DNA of 64,000 bases, from the IMG/VR virus record IMGVR_UViG_3300027759_000043, one strand, 5' to 3'. How positions within the stretch are numbered: the first letter of the stretch is position 1; each line of letters begins with the position of its first letter. Positions 45,666 through 54,796 of this stretch are shown piece after piece. This DNA is from a virus. Lineage: Duplodnaviria > Caudoviricetes. A program made the position numbers and the translations under genes. The notes under the pieces are model-generated. The model searched no databases. It saw nothing but the letters and a program-made list of their open reading frames with translations, and was not told the DNA's origin.

Positions 45666-46683
45666 TGTATATCAGCATTGGGATCCATTGAAGGTCTGTA
45701 TAGTTGGGCGTAGTTATCCTCCAGAATTTTATAACTTTATTGCTGATACAAAAGTTCGCAATGTTATGGAGCGTATAGCCATAGAAACCGAAGAAGATTA
45801 TCAAAAACTAATCAAATTATTAGAATCTTTTAATGTGAAGGTGTTGCGTCCAGAAATTGTTGAGTTTAGTAATTATTTGGTGCCCGACAACTCTAAATAC
45901 ATCACTCCCCCAATGACCCCAAGAGATTATAGTATAATGCTGGGAGAACAATTTTATTTTAAAACTAATAGTTTTTCTGAATGGGAGATGTTGACCTGGG
46001 GCAAAGTCCTGGGAGAAATTCAACAACAAGGTAACAATGTAATTTTTTCAGCAGAGCCCGAATTTGAAAATTTTAATTCTGCTATGGCCACTAGAATTGG
46101 CAAAGACATATACCAAGGATCAGGAACCTATGATGAAGATCTAACAAAAAAAATGCAGGTGTACTCAAAAACATACCCCGAACATCGTTGGCATGCCATC
46201 AATACCGGAGGTCATGCTGATGGTACTTTTTGTCCTGTTGTACCTGGATTAATTATCAGTCTCTATGACATTCCAACTTATGCCAAAACCTTTCCGGACT
46301 GGGAAGTTGTTTATTTGCCCGGACAAAGTTGGCATGCTATACCCGAGTTTGAAAAACTCAAAATCAAGAATGCTGGCAAATGGTGGGTACCAGGGCAAGA
46401 ATTCAATGATGATTTTACTGAATTTGTTGAGTCATGGTTGAGTCATTGGGTAGGATATGTAGAAGAAACTGTGTTTGATGTCAACATGTTGGTAGTAGAT
46501 CAAAAGAATGTGATCTGCAACAACTACAACCAACAGGTATTTGATGCACTAGAAAGACACGGAGTGACTCCACATATTGTGAACTTTAGACACAGATATT
46601 TCTGGGATGGTGGCTTGCATTGCATTACCAGTGATGTACATCGAGAAGGTACTATGCAAGATTATTTTCCAGAAAGAGGTTAA
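45658..46683 (+). CDS. Second amidinotransferase
   Basis: WDPLKVCIVG, TPRD, GHADG, FDVNMLVVD, DGGLHCITSD. Confidence 0.85.
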   Translation: MYNVYQHWDPLKVCIVGRSYPPEFYNFIADTKVRNVMERIAIETEEDYQKLIKLLESFNVKVLRPEIVEFSNYLVPDNSKYITPPMTPRDYSIMLGEQFYFKTNSFSEWEMLTWGKVLGEIQQQGNNVIFSAEPEFENFNSAMATRIGKDIYQGSGTYDEDLTKKMQVYSKTYPEHRWHAINTGGHADGTFCPVVPGLIISLYDIPTYAKTFPDWEVVYLPGQSWHAIPEFEKLKIKNAGKWWVPGQEFNDDFTEFVESWLSHWVGYVEETVFDVNMLVVDQKNVICNNYNQQVFDALERHGVTPHIVNFRHRYFWDGGLHCITSDVHREGTMQDYFPERG

Positions 46684-46684
46684 C

Positions 46685-47017
46685 ATGGATTTATACACAA
46701 TTTGGGCAGACAAACAAGGTGACATAACAGATCTAGAATGGGTCACAGGAATGAAGAGTTTCTTTGATCATTTGATCTCAGAAGGCCGGATGGAAAGTTA
46801 CAGAATCACAAGATGCAAAATGGGATTCCGTAGCATAGCCAACATGCCAGAATGGATGATTATCATGGAGTTCCATGACATGGGTCAGATGGATTCAGCA
46901 TTCAAACGAGTGGCACCACTCGAAGGTGAACTCGAAGTCAAGCACAAAAGTTTCAACCAGTTTGTAGGGGGCAATATACAACATGCCTTGTTTAGAGACT
47001 GGCCTGATCAGTTTTAA
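46685..47017 (+). CDS. Dimeric alpha-beta-barrel-like protein (DUF6614-like)
   Basis: YRITRCKMGF, PEW.I.MEF..M.QMDSAF. Confidence 0.6.
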   Translation: MDLYTIWADKQGDITDLEWVTGMKSFFDHLISEGRMESYRITRCKMGFRSIANMPEWMIIMEFHDMGQMDSAFKRVAPLEGELEVKHKSFNQFVGGNIQHALFRDWPDQF

Positions 47018-47038
47018 TATTACAGAAATTCATATTAT

Positions 47039-48235
47039 ATGAAAAAATACGCTCATATTTCCAAGGCAGATTATGATACAGTGGCTGGCCCAGACTGGCC
47101 ACCGTTCTCTGAATTCCAACACAGTCTAGACGTTCCTGAATTTGTCTACGCCGAATTGGATAGTATGATCAGACCACCTGAAGGATTTTCACATCCTACT
47201 TTTTGTGTTCTTCCTTTCTATGCCATGGAATATCCGCAACAAACACCGTGTTGTTTAATGTCAGCAGAAGAATCTTTGAAAGAAGTTCAACAAAAAATGT
47301 TGGCAAAACAACGACCAATGTCATGCAAAAAATGTTGGCATTTGGAGGACAACGGTTTAAAAAGTGACCGTCAAATAAAAAATGAAACGTTGGACCATTT
47401 CAGCAATATTGATCTTGAACAATTGATAGAACAAAGTCTCCAAGGCAAAAACAAAACTGTTCATTACAAAGTTGATACCAGTAATACTTGTAATGCCGCC
47501 TGCGCATCTTGTAATGGGAATGCCAGTAGTACCTGGAATAAACTGCTGAAAAAAAATAATTTTACAGCATTTAAAGATTGGAAAATTTTACCCGAACAAA
47601 CCTCTAACTGGATTGATTACACAAATGCTGTGTCTTTATCATTTAGAGGAGGCGAGTCGTTTCTTAGCAATACTAATTTTTACATACTTGAGCAACTGAT
47701 TGCACACAACAATACCGACTGTTTTGTAAGTTTTGTGACTAATGGAAGTTTTCGTTTGACAAAAAGTCAGAAAGCCATCTTGTCACAATTTAAAAATTTA
47801 AATTTTTGTTTCAGCATTGACGGCATAGGTTCAACATTTGAATATCTAAGATGGCCATTGAAATGGACAGATATTGAACACAATATCTCATGGTGTAAAA
47901 CAAATCATATAGACATTAGCGTGAGTTATACCTTGAGCAATTTAAATTTATTATATTATCCACAAACTATACAATGGTTCAAAGATAATGACTTAAATTA
48001 TTTGGTTAGTCCAGTTGTTTCACCCAAGCATTTTCGTCCCCAATCACTGTCGGCTGAAGTAAAACAAAAATTTCATAGTCATCCAAATCATGAATATTTT
48101 GCCCCATGGTTGACACACGAGTCAACTGATAATGAGTTATTTGCTGAGTTCGAATTTGAAATAGCCAGGCAAGACAAAATGAAAAATATTTCCATACGCA
48201 ATTATTTGCCCGAACTAGTTGGACTGTTGGACTAG
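47039..48235 (+). CDS. Radical SAM protein with N-terminal twitch/SPASM-like cluster
   Basis: CNAACASC, FRGGESF, TNG, SIDG; N-terminal CVLPF..CC..CKKCW. Confidence 0.88.
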   Translation: MKKYAHISKADYDTVAGPDWPPFSEFQHSLDVPEFVYAELDSMIRPPEGFSHPTFCVLPFYAMEYPQQTPCCLMSAEESLKEVQQKMLAKQRPMSCKKCWHLEDNGLKSDRQIKNETLDHFSNIDLEQLIEQSLQGKNKTVHYKVDTSNTCNAACASCNGNASSTWNKLLKKNNFTAFKDWKILPEQTSNWIDYTNAVSLSFRGGESFLSNTNFYILEQLIAHNNTDCFVSFVTNGSFRLTKSQKAILSQFKNLNFCFSIDGIGSTFEYLRWPLKWTDIEHNISWCKTNHIDISVSYTLSNLNLLYYPQTIQWFKDNDLNYLVSPVVSPKHFRPQSLSAEVKQKFHSHPNHEYFAPWLTHESTDNELFAEFEFEIARQDKMKNISIRNYLPELVGLLD

Positions 48236-48282
48236 TAATACTAGAGTATTACATTGACTCATAATCATGTTTCTGCTATAAT
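48235..48282 (+). promoter_or_regulatory. Perfect palindrome plus sigma70 promoter
   Basis: GTAATACT-AG-AGTATTAC, 1 nt, TTGACT-17-TATAAT. Confidence 0.85.
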
Positions 48283-48288
48283 GTAGAC

Positions 48289-48519
48289 ATGTTTAAGACT
48301 TCTCAGGGTCGATCCTATAAAACTTTGCGTCCAAGTGATGCTGACTTCACGTTCTCGCCCAATGGCATAACACTGGTGCCACGGGCAGAGATTGAAGTCT
48401 CGATCAATTGCCCTGACAACTATTTTCAGATTCTTCAGACTTGCATCAACAAAGGATGGGTCAAGCCCATTGCTCACATGCGCGACACTGAATATACCAT
48501 GGAGTTACTACGCAAATGA
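48289..48519 (+). CDS. Small hypothetical protein
   Basis: Directly after promoter. Confidence 0.65.
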   Translation: MFKTSQGRSYKTLRPSDADFTFSPNGITLVPRAEIEVSINCPDNYFQILQTCINKGWVKPIAHMRDTEYTMELLRK

Positions 48520-48908
48520 CTATGCACTTACATCATCCTAGCCTCAGCCTCAACGGTAAGAAGCGCGGCAAGACGAAATTTCGTAACGCCGAAGAAGCAC
48601 AACGTGCTAGAGAACTTGATGCTAGTTGGAAAGAATTAAAAAAGAAGTGGGAAGTGGACGCAGAAGAAAAGCGTCGCAGTCGTGCCATGAAGGCCGAGCC
48701 CTTGATATACAAATTGTCTGCGCCAGAAGGCCGTATGACCACGCATCATATTCCCAGTGTCAACACAGGTGGCAATGCTACCTTGGCTCCGGCCAAAGTT
48801 TACACAGGTACCAAGGTCAAGGGTATTGCTACCATGCACAAGTCAAATGCGGTGCCTGTGTTTTCAGATGAAGAAGCCGTAGAAATTTCCAGGATGCGAC
48901 GTGGATAA
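48516..48908 (+). CDS. Conserved basic phage protein
   Basis: YTGTKVKGIATMHKSNAVPVF C-terminal motif. Confidence 0.75.
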   Translation: MTMHLHHPSLSLNGKKRGKTKFRNAEEAQRARELDASWKELKKKWEVDAEEKRRSRAMKAEPLIYKLSAPEGRMTTHHIPSVNTGGNATLAPAKVYTGTKVKGIATMHKSNAVPVFSDEEAVEISRMRRG

Positions 48909-49154
48909 ATGACTCGTTGTCGATTTGATTATAAAGACCGTGACCAGGTGTTAAAATGGCTAGAAGAAAACATACAAGAAAATTATCACAAAGACGGCAG
49001 TAGATACAATATGAGCACTATTAGTCAATTTATTGAATGGCGCAGTCAAGATTTAGAAAGTTGGGTTATGAGAGTTGCAGGAACTCCGCCTCAAGGACAT
49101 GTAGAAATCATGGATGAAGGACTTGCGGCCATGTTTGCATTGAGATGGCGATGA
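48909..49154 (+). CDS. Small paralogue family member (dispersed)
   Basis: Ends IMDEGLAAMFALRWR. Confidence 0.65.
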   Translation: MTRCRFDYKDRDQVLKWLEENIQENYHKDGSRYNMSTISQFIEWRSQDLESWVMRVAGTPPQGHVEIMDEGLAAMFALRWR

Positions 49155-49573
49155 TTAAAAAACGTTTATTAACCTACAAAGGAGATTTTGTCATGGGTGG
49201 TATGTGGGAAAAAGATGAGGTGGTACGCTTGCTCAGAAGCCAGCCGGGCACACAATATCAAGAAGCAGATGACGTTGTTAAAGAACAGATCCGTGAATGG
49301 GTCCGTGGTCTTTTACAAAACAGTGAGATCAATGTGACCTTTACCAAGGCAGATGGTACTGACCGTGACATGCTGTGTACGTTAGATCACAGTAGAATTC
49401 CAGTCAGCATAACCAAGCCGGTATCAGTGGACGGCATTGTGCGTGAGAGCCGGAAACCCAAAAAGGAACCCGACCCTCACAGTATTCGAGTATTTGATTT
49501 GGAAAAGCAGGAGTGGCGCAGTTTCCGTTTTGAACGACTCAAAAAGGTCACAGCCACCCTGAATTTTCAATAA
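49151..49573 (+). CDS. WYL/SH3-like phage protein
   Basis: VTFTKADGT.R.M.CTL, VFDLEKQEWRSFR. Confidence 0.75.
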   Translation: MIKKRLLTYKGDFVMGGMWEKDEVVRLLRSQPGTQYQEADDVVKEQIREWVRGLLQNSEINVTFTKADGTDRDMLCTLDHSRIPVSITKPVSVDGIVRESRKPKKEPDPHSIRVFDLEKQEWRSFRFERLKKVTATLNFQ

Positions 49574-49583
49574 GTAATTGCTT

Positions 49584-49802
49584 ATGGCAAAAGAAGATAT
49601 TATAAACATGGAAGGTCGGGTAGAGGAAGTGTTACCGGCCACTATGTTTAGGGTCAAGTTAGACAACATTGATGCACTGGTATTGGGACACTTATCAGGA
49701 CGTATGCGCAAGAACAACATCAAAGTGCTCCTGGGTGATAGAGTCGAAATGGAATTTAGTCCATACGATCTCACCAAAGGACGTATCACTCGCCGCAAAT
49801 AA
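49584..49802 (+). CDS. infA: Translation initiation factor IF-1
   Basis: [44 protein letters not shown]. Confidence 0.95.
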   Translation: MAKEDIINMEGRVEEVLPATMFRVKLDNIDALVLGHLSGRMRKNNIKVLLGDRVEMEFSPYDLTKGRITRRK

Positions 49803-49809
49803 ATACAAC

Positions 49810-50352
49810 ATGCGTGAACACATCGATTTATTAGAAGCAACTACCCGTCCATCTAAATTGGAAACAACTCCCTTGCCCTATGGCCGAGATGAACTGAATC
49901 CTGTCATGAGCGGGGACACAATTGACTATCATTTTGAGCATTTGGCCAAGGGCTATGCCAAACGTTATAATGAAGGTGAAGGCGATGCAGATTTTAATCG
50001 TGCTGGCAGTTTTCTGCACAATAAGTTTTTCCCACAATTACAACCCCCAAAAGGAACCAATCGCCCACGTGGCGCAGTATTGGAACTGATCGAGCGCAAG
50101 TTCAAGAGTTACGAAAACTTCCAGGACGAAGTCAAAAAGACAGCAATGAAGATTCAAGGTTCGGGCTGGGTTTATTTAAGCACCGGCGGCGAGATCAAAA
50201 CGATCCGGAACCATGCGGTACGTACAGATATATGTGTACTTATTGATTGGTGGGAACATGCCTGGGCGTTAGACTATCAGTGGGAAAAAGAAAAATATCT
50301 TGACAACATCTGGCGTATCATCAATTGGGACGTCTGTTCTGATAGACTATAA
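49810..50352 (+). CDS. Fe/Mn superoxide dismutase; start revised to 49810
   Basis: PLPY..EL.P, ligands H (IDYH), H (FLHN), DWWEHAW; TAAATA upstream. Confidence 0.88.
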   Translation: MREHIDLLEATTRPSKLETTPLPYGRDELNPVMSGDTIDYHFEHLAKGYAKRYNEGEGDADFNRAGSFLHNKFFPQLQPPKGTNRPRGAVLELIERKFKSYENFQDEVKKTAMKIQGSGWVYLSTGGEIKTIRNHAVRTDICVLIDWWEHAWALDYQWEKEKYLDNIWRIINWDVCSDRL

Positions 50353-50364
50353 AGTAGGTACATT

Positions 50365-50685
50365 ATGAAACTAGAATCTGGCGCAGTTGAAAAACTCCGT
50401 GAACTTGTGGCTGAAGAAGGCAATCCCAATCTCATGCTACGAGTGTTTGTACAGGGCGGCGGCTGTTCGGGTATGAGTTATGGTTTCACGTTTGATGAAG
50501 TTAAAAACGAAGATGACTTTGACTTTGCCTACGAAGAAGTACAAGTTGTAGTTGACAGTATGAGCATGCAGTACCTACAGGGTGCCACAATCAACTACAA
50601 AGACGACATCATGGGAAGTAGTTTTGTAATTGACAATCCCAACGCCATCACCTCCTGCGGTTGTGGGTCAAGTTTCTCAGTATAG
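50365..50685 (+). CDS. erpA: A-type Fe-S carrier (ErpA/IscA/HesB)
   Basis: [32 protein letters not shown]. Confidence 0.9.
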   Translation: MKLESGAVEKLRELVAEEGNPNLMLRVFVQGGGCSGMSYGFTFDEVKNEDDFDFAYEEVQVVVDSMSMQYLQGATINYKDDIMGSSFVIDNPNAITSCGCGSSFSV

Positions 50686-50704
50686 CCCCTAGCACATAGA
50701 CCTT

Positions 50705-50727
50705 CTCTGCCGCTAAATACAGCAGAG
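50705..50727 (+). promoter_or_regulatory. Late promoter TAAATA inside a hairpin that occludes the RBS
   Basis: CTCTGC-(CGC TAAATA CA)-GCAGAG; GAGGA RBS overlaps the right arm. Confidence 0.55.
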
Positions 50728-50738
50728 GATACAGATCT

Positions 50739-52466
50739 ATGACTCAAGAAGTAATCGATATAGGGACCGCGCCAAATGACGGCTTGGGCGATCCGCTACG
50801 CACAGCATTTGCCAAAACCAACAATAATTTCAGTCAACTTTTTTCCACAGCAGGCGTGAGTGGTATTGCCAATGGTTCTAGTAACGTAAACATTCCACAG
50901 GCAAACGGAAATGTAGTTATTTCTTCAGCAGGCTTTCCTAATGTTTTGATAGTGGCTGGTAATGCTGTGTATTCTACAGGCACACTAAATTCCACAGGTT
51001 TAGCCACACTTAGCAATCTCAGTGTAACTGGTGCTGTGATCAGTACCGGAACAATTCAAGGTTTAGGTGCCGTGACTGCGGTTACTGTGACAGCATCGGG
51101 CAATTTGTCTGCTAACAATGCTGTGATAACTGGCAACGTCACTGGAGGACTATTTACAGGTAACGGTGCAGGTTTAACTGGGGTAATTGCTACAGGCAAT
51201 GTGGGTGCGGCAACACAATTGACCAATGGCACTACCACAATGAACATTCCGGTTGCCAATGGCAATATGATTGGCAACGTAGGCGGTGTGCTCAATATCT
51301 TTACTTTGAGCACTGGCGGACTAGGGATCACAGGGATTGTCAGTGCATCAGGTAACGTAACTGGTGGTAATATACGAACAGCCGGGCTAGTATCTGCAAC
51401 TGGCAACATTATCGGCAACTATATTTTGGGTAATGGCGCTTGTCTAAGTGGCGTTCTTACCTCGGTTGCCAATATCAACAATGGCACAAGTAATGTTACT
51501 GTAGTAAGTTCGGGTGGTAACATTTCGGTTGGTGTCAGTGGAAATGCAAACGTGACAGTATTTTCCTCTACAGGACAATTTGTTCAAGGTACAATAAGTG
51601 CAAGCGGTAATATTCAAGGTGATACCTTTTTGACCAGTGGAGTTGTTAGTGCCACAGGCAACATTACAGGTGGCAATATATTAACAGGCGGCGTTGTTTC
51701 AGCAACTGCTAATGTAAACGGTGGTAACTTATTGACCGGTGGATTGATCAGTGCCGCTTCAACAATCACTGGTTCTGCCAACATAACTGGTGGTAACTTA
51801 TTGACCGGTGGATTGATCAGTGCCGCTTCAACAATCACTGGTTCTGCCAACATAACTGGTGGTAACATACTAACAGGTGGATTAATATCTGCAACTGCTA
51901 ACGTAACAGGTGGCAACGTATTGACAGGTGGCATTGTGAGTGCCACAGGCAATGTGCTAGGCAACGTGTTTACTGTGAATTTAGGCAACACCACCACTGC
52001 CATTATCAACGGTGGTGGCAATGCTGTGGGCAACATTGGATCAAGTAGCAAGTATTTTAATCAGGTGTTTGCCCAAGCAACAACGGCATTGTATGCTGAC
52101 TTGGCCGAAGTGTATGCCGCTGATGCAGAATACGCTCCAGGTACTGTTGTGAGTTTTGGCGGTGATCAAGAAGTCACAAGATCCGTTGTGGAAGATGATA
52201 ATCGAGTGGCTGGTGTGATATCCGAAAAACCCAGTTACCTAATGAATTCAGGACTTGAAGCAGAACATCGTGCCGCAGTAGCATTAACAGGTCGTGTGCC
52301 AACCTTGGTGATTGGTCCTGTGCGCAAAGGTGACATGATGGTGTCAGCCGGCAACGGTTGGGCACGAGCAAGTGCAACACCGGCCATGGGCACAGTGATT
52401 GGCAAGGCATTGAAAAACTTCGATGGCGATTCGGGCATAATTGAAATTGTTGTAGGAAGAATGTAA
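50739..52466 (+). CDS. Tail fibre / baseplate-associated protein with C-terminal chaperone-like (peptidase G2-type) domain
   Basis: IDIGTAPNDGLGDPLRTAF.KTN.NF start; GNITGGN repeats; ADLAE.Y...VALTGRVP...KGD...GKAL. Confidence 0.8.
   Translation: MTQEVIDIGTAPNDGLGDPLRTAFAKTNNNFSQLFSTAGVSGIANGSSNVNIPQANGNVVISSAGFPNVLIVAGNAVYSTGTLNSTGLATLSNLSVTGAVISTGTIQGLGAVTAVTVTASGNLSANNAVITGNVTGGLFTGNGAGLTGVIATGNVGAATQLTNGTTTMNIPVANGNMIGNVGGVLNIFTLSTGGLGITGIVSASGNVTGGNIRTAGLVSATGNIIGNYILGNGACLSGVLTSVANINNGTSNVTVVSSGGNISVGVSGNANVTVFSSTGQFVQGTISASGNIQGDTFLTSGVVSATGNITGGNILTGGVVSATANVNGGNLLTGGLISAASTITGSANITGGNLLTGGLISAASTITGSANITGGNILTGGLISATANVTGGNVLTGGIVSATGNVLGNVFTVNLGNTTTAIINGGGNAVGNIGSSSKYFNQVFAQATTALYADLAEVYAADAEYAPGTVVSFGGDQEVTRSVVEDDNRVAGVISEKPSYLMNSGLEAEHRAAVALTGRVPTLVIGPVRKGDMMVSAGNGWARASATPAMGTVIGKALKNFDGDSGIIEIVVGRM
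51720..51866 (+). repeat. Exact 69-bp in-frame tandem duplication
   Basis: GGTGGTAACTTATTGACC...AACATAACT repeated at 51720 and 51789; partial third start at 51858. Confidence 0.9.
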
Positions 52467-54763
52467 TGGCACAACCGCAGTGGCAAACAGCCGCAGGCCA
52501 TTTGGGCACCATACCTGAAGGTGTTTTTTACCAAATTCAATTGGTGGCAACGGATCCAGATCATCCTCTTGATCCCACCGCGGTAACCTATAGAGTAATT
52601 GCAGGTGCTTTGCCCTTGGGTATTCAATGTACCACAACCGGAATGCTTGAAGGTGTCCCTTATGTTATTAATGGTATAAACAACGTCGACAGCAGATTTG
52701 TAATAAGAGCAAGTACCAATACTGTCCCACCACGCTTTGCCGACAGAACTTTTGATTTCACAGTACTGTCACAGGTGCCACCAGTGTTTGTAACTCCAGC
52801 CGGTAATGTGGGCACATTCTATGATGGCGCTCCTATCGCTCCCATACAGATTGATATTTCAGATCCCAATCCCGGTGATAATGTTGTGATATCTCTAGTG
52901 GCTGGCAGTCTGCCACCAGGACTGACCTTGAGTGCAACCGGATTGATTTCAGGGTATATCATCCCATTAGTACCAGTTACTCAAACTCCTGGATTTGACA
53001 CAACGCCGTTTGATCAGTACCCATTTGATTTTGGTGTTAATAGTCTCAGTACCAATTATCAATTCACACTGGAAGTCAACGACGGTAGAGAAACCAACAT
53101 ACGCACATTTGAAATCTACGTTTATAGTCGCAGTAGTCTCACAGCCGACACTATAGAATTCACTGCTGACAATACGTTTATTACTGCTGACGAAACCAAC
53201 CTCTACACACCGTTTATTGTTAATTCTGAGCCCAGTAACCTGGGCACTGTGCGCAGTGACAACTTCTGGGCATATCAATTCATTGGTCTGGACTTTGACA
53301 ACGACGTAATGGAATATCAAGAATACCCAATTGACGGATCTACTAGCACGTTGCCACCAGGTACCACTCTTGACCTACAAACAGGATGGTTGTATGGTTA
53401 TCTACCGTACCTGGGTGCCACAGAAAATACATATGACTTTGCTATCACTGTGAGAAAAGCCTATGATGCACAATATCGTAGCGATCCATATTACTTTTCA
53501 CTGACTGTGGTTGGACAAGTCAACACTGACGTCACTTGGTTAACACCTAGTAACCTTGGTACAATCATAAATGGTAGCACAAGTACTTTATACGTGGCAG
53601 CGGTCAATACCTTGGGTGGTCGCGTTCTGCAATATAGATTGGATCCGTTGGCAGTTAATGAAATCCCGCCGGGACTTGAGTTATTGTCATCGGGAGAAAT
53701 TGCCGGGCGTGTGACTTTCAACACTTTTGCTCTGGACCTTGGAACCACTACATTTGATCATGGTACCACCACATTTGATGCCACCTACACATTCACAGTA
53801 AATGCCTACAGCCAAGATGGCCTGGTCAGTGTGTTTAAAACGTTCTCAATAACTGTGTTGCATGTTTACGGTGAGCCATACGAAGATCTCTACATCAAGT
53901 GTATGCCCCCACAAAGTGATAGAGATTTGATCAATCAGTTGATACAGAATCAGGATATCATTCCTGTAGACCTGGTGTATCGTGTGAATGATCCCAACTT
54001 TGGTGTGGCCAAAAATGTTGTGTATCATCATGCATATGGACTCACGGCTGCCACCTATGAGGCTTATGTCAGCAGTTTGGTAATCAATCACTACTGGAAA
54101 AATCTTGTGTTGGGATCAATCAAAACAGCCCAAGCACTAGATGATGCAGGCAATGTACTTTACGAAGTGGTGTATAGTCAAGTGATAGACGACTTGGTAA
54201 ATGATGCAGGCGAAAGTGTGAGCAAGAGTGTTGACTTACCTTACCCTATCAATCAATTTGATTCAACCGAGATCAGCACAGTGTATCCCAACAGCCTGAT
54301 CAACATGCGAGATCAAGTGATTGATGTTGTGGGACAAATTTCAAACATCTTGCCACGCTGGATGTTGAGCAAACAAGTTGACGGCAAAGTGCTAGGATTT
54401 ACCCCAGCCTGGGTGATCGCTTACTGCAAACCCGGTAAGTCTGGACAGGTGGCCTACAACATAGCCCAACAGTTTGGAGAAAAACTGAACTTAATTGATT
54501 TTGAAGTTGATCGTTACGAATTGGATCGACTGTTAACTCACAACTGGAATCCAACAGTGCAAAGATGGGTGGGTACCGTACCAGATACCTACTCCAATAC
54601 TGATTCATATGATCAGTATTTGTTATTTCCACGTAGAAATATTCTTAGTCCAATAATTGTAACACCGAATCCTAATATTCCTGTAAACTGGCTGAACAAT
54701 TCGGCTGAGATTGTAGAATGGAACAATGATTTAGATCAGCCAGTGGGTTGGAAAAATTACTAA
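52466..54763 (+). CDS. Ig-like repeat virion structural protein
   Basis: Repeated LP.GL.L...G.I.G motifs (He_PIG-like). Confidence 0.8.
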   Translation: MAQPQWQTAAGHLGTIPEGVFYQIQLVATDPDHPLDPTAVTYRVIAGALPLGIQCTTTGMLEGVPYVINGINNVDSRFVIRASTNTVPPRFADRTFDFTVLSQVPPVFVTPAGNVGTFYDGAPIAPIQIDISDPNPGDNVVISLVAGSLPPGLTLSATGLISGYIIPLVPVTQTPGFDTTPFDQYPFDFGVNSLSTNYQFTLEVNDGRETNIRTFEIYVYSRSSLTADTIEFTADNTFITADETNLYTPFIVNSEPSNLGTVRSDNFWAYQFIGLDFDNDVMEYQEYPIDGSTSTLPPGTTLDLQTGWLYGYLPYLGATENTYDFAITVRKAYDAQYRSDPYYFSLTVVGQVNTDVTWLTPSNLGTIINGSTSTLYVAAVNTLGGRVLQYRLDPLAVNEIPPGLELLSSGEIAGRVTFNTFALDLGTTTFDHGTTTFDATYTFTVNAYSQDGLVSVFKTFSITVLHVYGEPYEDLYIKCMPPQSDRDLINQLIQNQDIIPVDLVYRVNDPNFGVAKNVVYHHAYGLTAATYEAYVSSLVINHYWKNLVLGSIKTAQALDDAGNVLYEVVYSQVIDDLVNDAGESVSKSVDLPYPINQFDSTEISTVYPNSLINMRDQVIDVVGQISNILPRWMLSKQVDGKVLGFTPAWVIAYCKPGKSGQVAYNIAQQFGEKLNLIDFEVDRYELDRLLTHNWNPTVQRWVGTVPDTYSNTDSYDQYLLFPRRNILSPIIVTPNPNIPVNWLNNSAEIVEWNNDLDQPVGWKNY

Positions 54764-54796
54764 TAAATAGATTAATAACTTAAAAGAGATATCATA

